Shown piece after piece: positions 27,924 to 37,342 of a stretch of DNA of 64,000 nt. The DNA is taken from positions 6,535-70,534 of the forward strand of contig JAYTUW010000043.1 of the NCBI GenBank assembly GCA_043744345.1, read 5' to 3'. A program made the position numbers and the translations under genes. The stretch's first letter is position 1, and every line of letters starts with the position of its first letter. The notes under the pieces are model-generated. The model made no database searches. It was not told the origin of the DNA and worked only from the letters and a program-made list of their open reading frames with translations. The DNA is from Sideroxydans sp. Its GTDB lineage: Bacteria > Pseudomonadota > Gammaproteobacteria > Burkholderiales > Gallionellaceae.

Positions 27924-29876
27924 ATGAATATCTATGGTATCGGAGTAAGCGCACTCAACGCGGCACAGGCGGGTATTGCCACGACCACGCACAATATCGC
28001 CAATGCCAGTACGCCCGGCTATAACAGGCAGGAGATTATTCAAACCGCCGAGTTGCCGCAAAATACAGGCGCCGGATATTTCGGCCAGGGTGTCAATGTG
28101 ACCAACGTCCTGCGCCGCTATGACCAGTTCCTCGGCGCGCAAGTCCTGGAAGCGCAGACTCAGGCATCCAACCTGAGCGCACAATTGGGACTGTCACAGC
28201 AGGTGAGCAACCTGCTGGGCGATTCCAGCGGCGGATTGACGCCGGTGATGCAGGATTTCTTCAGTGCGGTCAACGCGGTCTCGAACGCGCCGCAATCCGT
28301 TCCGGCACGGCAAACCATGATCGCCAGTGCGCAATCGCTGGTGGGCCGCTTCCAGACGCTGGACCAGAATCTGAACCTGATACGCGACGGTCTGAACGGG
28401 CAGATTTCGAACAGCGTGACGACGATCAACGGTATCGCCAAGCAGATCGCCAGCATCAACGACAAGATCGTGCAACTGCAGGCCAATACGCCCAACCAGC
28501 CGCCCAATGATCTGCTGGATCAGCGCGACCAACTGGTCAGCCAGCTCAGCCAGGAGATACGTGTCACGACACTCAAGCAATCCGACGGCTCGATGAACGT
28601 GTTCATCGGCAGCGGGCAGTCGCTGGTCATCGGCAACCAGGCATCCACCCTTAAGACAGTCACTTCCACCACGGATCAGACCGCGCTGGAAGTCGCCTAT
28701 TTCAATGCGAGCGCCGGCACGACGAGTACCATTCCCCAAAATTCATTGCAGGGCGGCAATCTGGGGGGCTATCTCAGTTTTCGCCAGGACGTGCTCGACC
28801 CGGCAGTGAATGCGATGGGTCGCATCGCGATGGGTGTCGCCGACACCTTCAATCAGCAACAGCAACAGGGCATAGACCTGAAGGGGGCGCTGGGCGGCAA
28901 CATGTTCAACCTGGCTGCGCCGCGTTCGACGCCCGCGTCTGACAATGTTGGCAATGACGTGCTCACGGCTACAGTCAACAGCACCTCTGCATTGACTGCC
29001 CGCGATTACAGTGTGCGGTTGGAAGCAGGAGGCTATAACGTTTACGACTCCGTCACCAATACCGCGATTGGAGGACCTTACTCTGCAGTTGCTCTGGCGG
29101 CACCGGGCGGGGTTGCGATTCCCGGAACCGGAATCACGCTGCAACTGTCCGCCGGTACGCCTGTTTCAGTTCCGAATGTGAACGGAGATTCCTATCTCGT
29201 TCGTCCCACCGCGAACGGTGCGAGCGCCATGTCGCTCAGCATCACCGATCCGACCAAGATCGCGGCGGCATCCCCGGTCCGCTCCAATTCCACGACCGCC
29301 AATCTGGGGTCGGGCGTCATTTCCGCGGCAACTGTCGTTCCGGGTTTGCCGTTGAATGCGAACCTGCAGCAACCGATCACCATCACGTTTAACAATCCGC
29401 CGACGACTTACACAGCCTCCGGAACCGGCGCACCGGCCGGTCCTCAACCTTATATCGCTGGTGCCGCGATCACCATCAATGGCTGGACGACACAGATCAG
29501 CGGTAAACCGTCTGCAGGTGATACGTTCACCGTCAAGCAGAACACCAATGCCACCACGGACGGGACCAATATCCTGCTGATGGCTGCGTTGCAAACAGCC
29601 AACACATTGGTGAATGGCACGGCAAGCTACCAGGGGGCATACGGGCAGTTGATCGGCCAGGTGGGCAGCCAGACGCGCGAACTGACCGTCACCAGCCAGG
29701 CACAAACCAATCTGTTGGACCAGGTGACCAAATCCCAGCAGTCGATATCCGGCGTCAATCTGGATGAGGAAGCCGCCAATCTGCTGAAATACCAGCAGGC
29801 ATACCAGGCGGCGGGCAAGGCGATACAGATTGCCAATTCCATGTTTGAAACTATTTTGAGTCTGAAACTGGGGTAG
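27924..29876 (+). CDS. flgK: Hook-filament junction protein FlgK
   Basis: The N-terminus is MNIYGIGVSALNAAQAGIATTTHNIANASTPGYNRQ. The C-terminus is GVNLDEEAANLLKYQQAYQAAGKAIQIANSMF. Confidence 0.93.
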   Translation: MNIYGIGVSALNAAQAGIATTTHNIANASTPGYNRQEIIQTAELPQNTGAGYFGQGVNVTNVLRRYDQFLGAQVLEAQTQASNLSAQLGLSQQVSNLLGDSSGGLTPVMQDFFSAVNAVSNAPQSVPARQTMIASAQSLVGRFQTLDQNLNLIRDGLNGQISNSVTTINGIAKQIASINDKIVQLQANTPNQPPNDLLDQRDQLVSQLSQEIRVTTLKQSDGSMNVFIGSGQSLVIGNQASTLKTVTSTTDQTALEVAYFNASAGTTSTIPQNSLQGGNLGGYLSFRQDVLDPAVNAMGRIAMGVADTFNQQQQQGIDLKGALGGNMFNLAAPRSTPASDNVGNDVLTATVNSTSALTARDYSVRLEAGGYNVYDSVTNTAIGGPYSAVALAAPGGVAIPGTGITLQLSAGTPVSVPNVNGDSYLVRPTANGASAMSLSITDPTKIAAASPVRSNSTTANLGSGVISAATVVPGLPLNANLQQPITITFNNPPTTYTASGTGAPAGPQPYIAGAAITINGWTTQISGKPSAGDTFTVKQNTNATTDGTNILLMAALQTANTLVNGTASYQGAYGQLIGQVGSQTRELTVTSQAQTNLLDQVTKSQQSISGVNLDEEAANLLKYQQAYQAAGKAIQIANSMFETILSLKLG

Positions 29877-29879
29877 ATC

Positions 29880-31097
29880 ATGCGCATCAGCACAAGCCAA
29901 ATCTATAACGCGAACATCACCTCCCTGAACACGCTTCAGGTGCAGCTCGCGAACACGACACAACAGATGGCGACCGGACAACGGATACTGTCGCCCGCGG
30001 ATGATCCTGCCGGCGCGGCACGCGCGGCGGAACTCACCCAATCCGAATCGGCCAACACCCAGTACTCGACCAACCGTACTGCGGCCGTCAATACACTGTC
30101 GCTGTCGCAGGGCGTCCTCGAAAGCGTGACTTCGATGCTGCAGGACCTGCAGACAACCGCGTTGACCGCGGGCAACGGCACGATATCCGATGTGAGCCGC
30201 AAGGCTTTGGCAACGGATGTGCAGAGCCGTTTGCAGGATCTGCTGGGTCTGGCCAACAGCACGGACGGTGCGGGCAGCTATCTGTTCTCGGGCGCGCAGG
30301 GCAATGTGAAGCCGTTTGTCGATACCGCAGCCGGTGTGGTGTATCAGGGCGACGACGTGCAGCGCAAACTCCAGGTGTCCGCCTCGCGCCAGATATCCAG
30401 CACCGACTCGGGAGCCGATATCTTCGTGCGCATCCGCAACGGCAACGGGACATTCAAGACCAGCCAGACCGCAACCAATACCGGCAGCGGCGTCATCAGT
30501 CAGGGCACTGTGACCAACCAGGCGCTGGCTACCGGCGACAACTACCAGGTTGCATTCACCGTGGCACCGCCCACGACCTTCACCGTGACCGATCTGACGA
30601 CAGGTCTCCCGGTGACAGGCATGAACAATGTGCCCTATGTGAGCGGGCAGTCCATCAGTTTCGAGGGCATACAGTTCGAGATCAAGGGTACCCCTGCCAA
30701 CGGCGATACGTTTACCGTCGCGCCCAGCAACAACCAGAGCATATTCGACACCCTGACCAAGCTCGTGGCGACCCTGAACTCGCCTCTCCCGACCGGCAAT
30801 GCAACTGCGGCGGCACAATACACGCAGGGGCTGAACGAGGCCTTTGCTTCATTGAACCAGGATCTGACCGCCGTGCTGGGCGTGCGCGCCACGATGGGTT
30901 CGCGGCTGAACGAGCTCGATGCCCTGCAATCGGCGGGCGATCAGGTGGGGTTGCAGCTCAAATCCACCCTGTCAAAGATCCAGGATACTGATTACACCAA
31001 GGCCATGACCGATCTGACCCAGCAGAAGTTGATCCTGCAGGCGGCACAGCAGTCGTTTGCGCAGGTGTCCAAGCTGTCGCTGTTCAACTACATGTAA
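29880..31097 (+). CDS. flgL: Hook-filament junction protein FlgL
   Basis: The flagellin-like N-terminus is MRISTSQIYNANITSLNTLQVQLANTTQQMATGQRILSPADDPAGAA. The C-terminus is DYTKAMTDLTQQKLILQAAQQSFAQVSKLSLFNYM. Confidence 0.9.
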   Translation: MRISTSQIYNANITSLNTLQVQLANTTQQMATGQRILSPADDPAGAARAAELTQSESANTQYSTNRTAAVNTLSLSQGVLESVTSMLQDLQTTALTAGNGTISDVSRKALATDVQSRLQDLLGLANSTDGAGSYLFSGAQGNVKPFVDTAAGVVYQGDDVQRKLQVSASRQISSTDSGADIFVRIRNGNGTFKTSQTATNTGSGVISQGTVTNQALATGDNYQVAFTVAPPTTFTVTDLTTGLPVTGMNNVPYVSGQSISFEGIQFEIKGTPANGDTFTVAPSNNQSIFDTLTKLVATLNSPLPTGNATAAAQYTQGLNEAFASLNQDLTAVLGVRATMGSRLNELDALQSAGDQVGLQLKSTLSKIQDTDYTKAMTDLTQQKLILQAAQQSFAQVSKLSLFNYM

Positions 31098-31112
31098 CGC
31101 GACTCCATTCAC

Positions 31113-31146
31113 GGCGGCGCGCAATGATTTCGCGCGCCGCTTTTCT
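31113..31146 (+). terminator. Rho-independent terminator after flgL
   Basis: GGCGGCGCGC-AATGATTT-CGCGCGCCGC is followed by TTTTCT, starting 16 nt after the flgL stop. Confidence 0.7.
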
Positions 31147-31238
31147 ATTGTGGTGCGGTGCATTCTCGGAACACTCCGGTCCTGTCACAAGCAGTTAGAA
31201 TACATGCATGAGTATTCGGGGAACTCATCTGTACACCT

Positions 31239-32630
31239 ATGGGTAGCCAGCAACGCGAAGAAGCCGAAGTGCTCTTTTATCGGGGTGTCAGCCTGATGGA
31301 AGGCGGTGACGCGGCTAATGCCGAAGCCTGCTTCGGGCTGGCCGTGAAGCTTGCCCCCGATTTTTCCGAGGCGTATGCGAATCTGGGTTTGCTGCTGGAA
31401 AGACGCGGCGCTACTGAAATGGCGGAGATGTGTTACCGCCTGTCCATCGAAATCGAACCGACTTATTCCGAATCTCATTTGAACCTGGGCGCGCTTCTGG
31501 CGAACATGAAGCGCTTTGCCGAAGCCGAGGCCGCCTATAAACAGGCCATCGCACTCAATCAGGACTCTCCCGTGGCATGGTCGAATCTGGGTGTGCTCAA
31601 TGCCTGCATGAAGCGCGAAGCGGAAGCCGAGCAGTGCTATCGCACGGCGCTGGCACTGGACGAAACTTACGCAATGGCCAAGTACAACCTGAGCTACCTG
31701 CTGTTGCGGCAAGGCCGGTTCGAAGAAGGCTGGGCCTGCCTTGAGGCGCGCGACTGGTACACACCCTGGGCTGTGCGTTTGACTTGCCCGCGCTGGCAGG
31801 GGGAAGCACTGGGCGGCAAGTCCATACTGATCGGCTATGAGCCCGGTCACGGCGACATGATCCAATACTGCCGTTATGCCGCAGGGCTCAAGGCACGCGG
31901 TGCGGGTGCCATCACGCTGGTCTGCCATCCGGCTTTGAAGACATTGTTCACCACCTTGGCAGGCGTGGATGCCGTTCTTTCCTTCGATGATCCGATACCG
32001 GACGGACTCGATCTCTGGACGCCCCCGCTCAGCATCCCGCACTTCTGCAAAACGCGTCTCGATTCCATCCCGGCGACCATCCCGTATCTGCAGGCAGAAG
32101 CGAGCCGCATCGAAAAGTGGGCCGCTCTGCTCCCCCGGGACGGACTGCGTGTCGGTCTGGTGTGGAAGGGCAATCCGAACTTCGAAAATGATGCCGACCG
32201 GTCGCTGCCATCGTTGGCGGTGTTGGCTCCGTTGGCTGCTATCGCTGGCGTGAATCTCATCAGTCTGCAAAAAGGCGCGGGGGAAGACGAAGCCATGCAT
32301 GCCCCCGCCGGATTGCGTCTCATCTCCCTGGGAACGCAGCTGGCAGACTTTGCGGACACGGCTGCCGTGATCGCCAGTCTGGATCTGGTGATCTGCGTCG
32401 ACACGGCCGTGGCCCATCTGGCGGGTGCATTGGCCAAGCCCTGTTGGGTCATGCTGCCGGACTACAGGACGGATTGGCGCTGGCTGATGGAGCGCACCGA
32501 TTCGCCCTGGTATCCCGGCGTCATGCGACTGTTTCGCCAGAAGACGATGGGCGACTGGAGCCCGGTTGTGGCTGAAGTGGCGGACTCGCTCAAGGCACTC
32601 GTGGCAGCGAAGAAGGCCGGTCATGGGTGA
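31239..32630 (+). CDS. TPR-repeat protein fused to a GT9 (heptosyltransferase-like) glycosyltransferase domain
   Basis: The N-terminus has ~4-5 TPR units (AEACFGLAVKLAPDFSEAYANLGLLL...). The C-terminus shows a GT9 pattern (VGLVWKGNPNFENDADRSLP, DLVICVDTAVAHLAGALAKPCWVML). Confidence 0.75.
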   Translation: MGSQQREEAEVLFYRGVSLMEGGDAANAEACFGLAVKLAPDFSEAYANLGLLLERRGATEMAEMCYRLSIEIEPTYSESHLNLGALLANMKRFAEAEAAYKQAIALNQDSPVAWSNLGVLNACMKREAEAEQCYRTALALDETYAMAKYNLSYLLLRQGRFEEGWACLEARDWYTPWAVRLTCPRWQGEALGGKSILIGYEPGHGDMIQYCRYAAGLKARGAGAITLVCHPALKTLFTTLAGVDAVLSFDDPIPDGLDLWTPPLSIPHFCKTRLDSIPATIPYLQAEASRIEKWAALLPRDGLRVGLVWKGNPNFENDADRSLPSLAVLAPLAAIAGVNLISLQKGAGEDEAMHAPAGLRLISLGTQLADFADTAAVIASLDLVICVDTAVAHLAGALAKPCWVMLPDYRTDWRWLMERTDSPWYPGVMRLFRQKTMGDWSPVVAEVADSLKALVAAKKAGHG

Positions 32631-33912
32631 GCATCCGAATTTCAACAATGCCCTGCGCAAACACCTGGATGGCGATCTGCCGGCTGCCGAAGCGCTTTAT
32701 CGCGGGATGCTGTGTGACGATCCGGGCGATGCGCGTGCCCGGCACTACCTCGGATTCCTGCTGCAGCAGACAGACCGGCTCGAAGAAGCGTACCGGCAAC
32801 TGGCAAGCGCCATCGAACTGGATGACCGGCATGCGGAGTGGCATTTCAATCTGGGTATTGTGCTGGCCAGGCAAGGCAGGGTGTTGGAATCCATTGCCGG
32901 GTTTTCCCGGGCCATCGCGATCGACCCGGACAAGTATTTCTACTGGACCAATCTGGGGGCTGCATACGAAACCTGCGGGGAAGTAAAGCAAGCCGAGCAA
33001 TGCTTCAGAACAGCGGCCGGTATCGATCCCGATTGCGCGGACGCCTTCTATCTGCTGGCCGAGTTATGCCTGAAACAGGAGCGCTATGACGAGGCGCGAC
33101 ATTTCAATTACAGCGGCATCGCCGTGGCTCCGGCGGGGTACAAGTCGCTGACCGCGCTGGGGCAGGCCTACTACGAACTGGGCCGGATCGACGAAGCGAT
33201 CGCGTTGTTCGAGAAATGGCTGATCGTGGAGCCGGACAATCCGGTCGCTTTGCATCTGTTGGCGGCCTATCGCGGAGAGCAGGTGCCGGCACGGTGCAGC
33301 AACCACTATATCGAACAGACGTTTGACGCCTTTGCGGGGAATTTCGAGAATGTGCTGGGCAGGTTGAAATACTGCGGTCCGCAACTGGTGCGGGAGCAAC
33401 TGGCCGCGCTGCAGGCGACCGGTTTGTCCGCGCTGGATCTGGGCTGCGGGACCGGCATGGTGGGCGAGGCGGTGCAACCCCACGCGCGGCGGATAGTGGG
33501 TGTCGATCTCAGCCGGACCATGCTGGAGCATTCCGCCGCCAAGCAGGTATATCAAGAGTTGCACAGATCGGATATTGCGGAATTCCTGGCCGTCTCCAAA
33601 GAGCAGTACGACCTGATCACCTGCATGGATACGTTTATCTATATCGGCAGGCTGGATGAATTGATGCCCCGGTTGTTCAGTAATCTGAGCGCAGGCGGCC
33701 GCTTGTTGTTTAGCACCGAGAAACTGGAAGGGCCGCGAGTGCAGGATCATCTGTTAAACGTCAGCGGCAGATACAGTCATCACCCAGACTATCTGATCGA
33801 GAGGCTGACCGGCGCGGGATTCGAGATCGAGAGCATGAAGGATGTGGTGATTCGGATGGAATCCGGCAGCCCAATCCGGGGGCAATTTGTTTGCGCGCGA
33901 CGTGCGGACTGA
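32623..33912 (+). CDS. TPR-repeat protein fused to a class I SAM-dependent methyltransferase (COG4976-like)
   Basis: The ATG at 32623 overlaps the upstream stop by 8 nt. The TPR half is followed by ALDLGCGTGMVGEAV...VGVDLSRTMLE...YDLITCMDTFIYIGRL...GGRLLFSTE. Confidence 0.8.
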   Translation: MGEHPNFNNALRKHLDGDLPAAEALYRGMLCDDPGDARARHYLGFLLQQTDRLEEAYRQLASAIELDDRHAEWHFNLGIVLARQGRVLESIAGFSRAIAIDPDKYFYWTNLGAAYETCGEVKQAEQCFRTAAGIDPDCADAFYLLAELCLKQERYDEARHFNYSGIAVAPAGYKSLTALGQAYYELGRIDEAIALFEKWLIVEPDNPVALHLLAAYRGEQVPARCSNHYIEQTFDAFAGNFENVLGRLKYCGPQLVREQLAALQATGLSALDLGCGTGMVGEAVQPHARRIVGVDLSRTMLEHSAAKQVYQELHRSDIAEFLAVSKEQYDLITCMDTFIYIGRLDELMPRLFSNLSAGGRLLFSTEKLEGPRVQDHLLNVSGRYSHHPDYLIERLTGAGFEIESMKDVVIRMESGSPIRGQFVCARRAD

Positions 33913-34065
33913 AGCCGTGATGTACCTGTGAGAGCACGCGCACAGTTTGACCGCACTGGGTGTGGGATAACGCTACAGTGTGACTTTCCGTATCGATGTA
34001 TCTCCGGAATTTTTCGGGACGCTGGCCGGATGCGTTCAAATCGTTGCCAACTTGAAAGGAATATC

Positions 34066-34506
34066 ATGATCAAATTCAACCTGAAGCGACTGGGCGGAGC
34101 AACTGTGGAATTCGATCCGAAGACGGTCGTCGAATTTCCCGCAGGGATTCCCGGCTTTGAAGCTTGCAAGAAGTTCAAACTTTTTCATGAGGAAGGCAAG
34201 CCGACCCTGTTCTTTTTGCAGTCGCTGGAAAAACCCGAGGTGCTGTTCTCCCTGGGTGATCCCGGATTGCTGAATCTATCCTACGAAGTGACACTGTCGG
34301 ATGCCGAGCAGAAGATGCTGGAAGCCGCGCCAGGCGATGAGCTGGTTCTGGTGGTGATCGTGTACCGGGATGACAATGCGGAAAACAAGGCGGCGGCTGT
34401 CAAAGCCAACATGTTCGCGCCCATCATCCTCAATATCACCAAACGCCGCGGCCTGCAGAAGGTATTGAAGGAACTGGATGCCCAGGTGGCCATCAGGGGC
34501 GCTTAG
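34066..34506 (+). CDS. fliW: Flagellar assembly factor FliW
   Basis: The ATG follows GAAAGGA. The sequence VEFPAGIPGFEACKKFKLF...LFFLQSLEKPEVLFSLGDP...LVVIVY...ANMFAPIILNITKRRGLQ is typical of FliW. Confidence 0.85.
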   Translation: MIKFNLKRLGGATVEFDPKTVVEFPAGIPGFEACKKFKLFHEEGKPTLFFLQSLEKPEVLFSLGDPGLLNLSYEVTLSDAEQKMLEAAPGDELVLVVIVYRDDNAENKAAAVKANMFAPIILNITKRRGLQKVLKELDAQVAIRGA

Positions 34507-34518
34507 GTTCTTGCAGTC

Positions 34519-35328
34519 TCAATCTTCCGACCCGCCGCTAGCAGCCGACCGGAGCAGAGCGGCGTGTATGGCAAGATCGGCTTCCGGCAGGAACCGGATG
34601 CCCGTGCGTGCGACCAGTTCCTCGTAACTGATCGGCTTTCCCGGACGCGCAGTCGCTGTGTTATCCAGCCAATGCGCCCAGGCTTGACCTGTTGCAGGGT
34701 CGTAAACCAGCTTGAACAAGTGTTGCGGTACCCACACATGGTCGTCACCGATGGTAGGCACTGTCCCGTCGAACACCGGTCCCGTGATCACGTAGACGTC
34801 TCCCGGCGCGCGCATGATGTACTTTCGCGTCGCTTTCTCGATACCCGCCCACGCAATGCGATTGTTGACCGGATCCTGCGGCACGATATTCGCCAGGGAG
34901 AAGCTTTGCGCCATTGCCTCGCCGCTAGCCATGTCGCCCGCGGGCGCCATGTGTCCACGGTCAAATCCCGAGTTTCTATAGTCATCCAATCGCGCGCGGT
35001 CTGCGCCGGGCAATCTGGCTTCTTCATAAAATTCGTCGGTACGCCGGTTGTCACGCGCTTCCAGTAATGTCTGGCGGTTCAGTCTTTCCGCGACAAAGAT
35101 CGGCGTGTGTGTCTTTCCCGAATGCAATACCGCGAATGCATCGAAGCACAGCGCGCGCGGTTGAGGTTCTTCCAACAGCTGAATGACGGGAGTGCGGCCG
35201 TCGGCGAACAGGTGCAGGCAGGATTCAAATCCGTTGCCGGCTGCGAAGGCGGAGTTGGCTGCGATTCCAAGAATCAGGGACAGACCCGCCAACCACGGCT
35301 GGCGTGTTTTGTGAAAACGATGATTCAT
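34519..35328 (-). CDS. Secreted DNA/RNA non-specific endonuclease (Endonuclease_NS family)
   Basis: It has a signal peptide (LAGLSLILGIAANSAFA) and the catalytic DRGH motif (GFDRGHMAPAGD), with N at SLANIVPQ. Confidence 0.85.
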   Translation of the reverse strand: MNHRFHKTRQPWLAGLSLILGIAANSAFAAGNGFESCLHLFADGRTPVIQLLEEPQPRALCFDAFAVLHSGKTHTPIFVAERLNRQTLLEARDNRRTDEFYEEARLPGADRARLDDYRNSGFDRGHMAPAGDMASGEAMAQSFSLANIVPQDPVNNRIAWAGIEKATRKYIMRAPGDVYVITGPVFDGTVPTIGDDHVWVPQHLFKLVYDPATGQAWAHWLDNTATARPGKPISYEELVARTGIRFLPEADLAIHAALLRSAASGGSED

Positions 35329-35503
35329 TGAGCGGTATTGAACGGGGCTAAAGTAACGAGTGAAGCAAAAGGTGCAGTAGCCGGATTGAAATTACGCGGA
35401 AATACCAGACTCAGAGCTTTACGAGGCGCGCATGATACGCGAAACTGTGTTTAAACCGGTGTGATGCCCCTGCTATCAAGACGGGTTAGGGTGAGTATTG
35501 AAG

Positions 35504-35543
35504 CAGGGTCGCAGGTGCGAATGAATTCGCACCTGCGACCCTG
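35504..35543. repeat. 40-bp perfect palindrome (19-bp arms) in the nuclease/isochorismatase divergent spacer
   Basis: The sequence is CAGGGTCGCAGGTGCGAAT-GA-ATTCGCACCTGCGACCCTG, ending 32 nt upstream of the 35576 ATG. Confidence 0.9.
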
Positions 35544-35575
35544 ATAACTGTGTATCAAGGTAAAGAGGAGAAAGT

Positions 35576-36142
35576 ATGTCTGTCAAAAATAAATTCTTGT
35601 TGGATCCGGCAAAGTCCGTGCTGGTCGTGATTGATGTGCAGGAAAGGCTCAGCGCCGCCATGGATGCGAATGTACTCGCACAGCTGACCAGGAACGCCGG
35701 CATCCTGCTGGAGAGTGCGAACGAACTGTCCGTGCCGGTGATCTTCACCGAGCAGTACGTCAAGGGATTGGGGGCGACGCTGGCCGTGCTCAAGGAAAGG
35801 GTACCCGCCGCATCCTGCCATGAAAAGATGACCTTCAGCTGCTGCGGCAGTACCGATTTCATCAAGCAGTTGAAGGACAGCGGCAGGACGCAGATTGTTA
35901 TCACCGGCATGGAGACGCATGTGTGCGTGCAACTGACCGTGATGGACCTGCTGGTGGAAGGTTTTGATGTGCATGTCGTCAATGACGCCGTGATGAGCCG
36001 CAGCAACGACAACCGGCAGACGGCAATGGAAGCCATGACGCTGGCCGGTGCCGTGCCCACTTGCACGGAAACGGTCGTGTTTCAGTGGTTGAAAGTCGCG
36101 GGCACGGAATCGTTCAAGAAACTTTCGAAGCTGGTCAAATGA
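35576..36142 (+). CDS. Isochorismatase-family hydrolase
   Basis: AGAGGAG precedes the ATG. The motifs VLVVIDVQERL (Asp) and ITGMETHVCVQLT (Cys) fit the cysteine-hydrolase fold. Confidence 0.85.
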   Translation: MSVKNKFLLDPAKSVLVVIDVQERLSAAMDANVLAQLTRNAGILLESANELSVPVIFTEQYVKGLGATLAVLKERVPAASCHEKMTFSCCGSTDFIKQLKDSGRTQIVITGMETHVCVQLTVMDLLVEGFDVHVVNDAVMSRSNDNRQTAMEAMTLAGAVPTCTETVVFQWLKVAGTESFKKLSKLVK

Positions 36143-36210
36143 AGTGACGCAAGGGAGGCGGGGGTTCTTGGCGCATTCCTGACGCCCCGCCAGTTGATAC
36201 TGTGCCCAGG

Positions 36211-37152
36211 TTAATGCTGATGTCCCAGTCGCACCTCGATCTGCGGATGCAGGGCAACCAGCGCTTTCATGTTCTTGAGGCTTTTCAGGTTGCGTTCGTG
36301 ATCCGCCGTGAAATCGCCCGGTTCCACCGTATGTTCCCAACCCCAGCGCGTGTGGCAGGCATCGCCCGTCAGCAATACCGGCCCTTTTGTGGTCCGGATC
36401 AAATAGGCAACGCTTCCCGGCGTATGTCCCGGCACACTGATCACGAATACCGAACCGTCTTCAAACACATCGATGATGCCCTCGAACTTATTTTGCGGGT
36501 CAGGCTGAAAGCGCCATTCCTGCAGCGGCTGTTTGTTCTTCAATAACGTATCGGTCGCTCCGCGCACGAACATATTCTGGAAGCTCGTTTCCGTGGATTC
36601 CGTGGCACCGATATACAACGGTACTTCATTGCCGATATCCGGCATACCGGCAATATGGTCGAGGTGCAGGTGTGTAAAGAACACGCCGGACAATTTGCCA
36701 TCCATCTCCTGCAATATTTCACCCGTACTTTTCCGGATGCGGATTTTTTCGAGGTGCATGAATTTCCGGATTATCCAATTCACACCCTCCTTGCCTGGGT
36801 CATCCACCAGTTTTTGCGACATGCCCGTGTCCACAATGTAGTTGCCGCGTTGCGGGTGTTTCAACAAATGCGCGTAGATCTGAATTGGTTCCTCGCGGTC
36901 TTTCAACCCGGCCTGCATTGCCGCCGGACTATCCAGATTCACCAAGCCTGCGAGCGCAACCGACCAATCCGCGCTGTTGATCGTATCCAGCTGGATCGGT
37001 CCGGGCTGGTCGATCAGCCTTTCCATTTCGGCGCTGCCGGAAGGCTTGCCCAGGGCGGGTTTGCCTGTTGAATGGCTGGAAAGGCTGCATCCCTGCAGTG
37101 TAAGTACAAGCGCGCAGCAGAATACCGCGAGTGGAATAGGTTTCGTTTTCAT
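36211..37152 (-). CDS. MBL-fold metallo-hydrolase, probable lipoprotein
   Basis: The HxHxDH motif (FFTHLHLDHIAGM) and later His/Asp ligands (VPGHTPGS, TGDACH) are present. The internal start gives MKTKPIPLAVFCCALVLTLQGCS, which contains a lipobox. Confidence 0.8.
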   Translation of the reverse strand: MKTKPIPLAVFCCALVLTLQGCSLSSHSTGKPALGKPSGSAEMERLIDQPGPIQLDTINSADWSVALAGLVNLDSPAAMQAGLKDREEPIQIYAHLLKHPQRGNYIVDTGMSQKLVDDPGKEGVNWIIRKFMHLEKIRIRKSTGEILQEMDGKLSGVFFTHLHLDHIAGMPDIGNEVPLYIGATESTETSFQNMFVRGATDTLLKNKQPLQEWRFQPDPQNKFEGIIDVFEDGSVFVISVPGHTPGSVAYLIRTTKGPVLLTGDACHTRWGWEHTVEPGDFTADHERNLKSLKNMKALVALHPQIEVRLGHQH

Positions 37153-37342
37153 GAGGTCCTCCAAAATTTCACTCATACTCACACATCCATATATCATCCG
37201 GCAATTGGCAAAATACTGATGAAGTCATCCATTATTGGATAGAGGGCAAGAATAAGCTTTTCAAGCCGTGTGGGAGCGCCAAGCACTCTGCAATGGCTTC
37301 ATGCTTTATTGATATCCGATCGAGAGTAATCCGGGAACGAAA

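Noticed and set aside
36155-36192. A possible bidirectional terminator between the convergent isochorismatase and MBL genes (GGCGGGG...CCCCGCC).
   Set aside because: It has only a 7-bp stem with a ~21-nt loop and no flanking T or A tracts, which is too weak to call.
37225-37260. A possible LysR-type binding site (TTATT-N14-AATAA) in the MBL/LysR divergent spacer.
   Set aside because: It is a short AT-rich inverted repeat that does not fit the T-N11-A spacing, and it could arise by chance in a promoter region.
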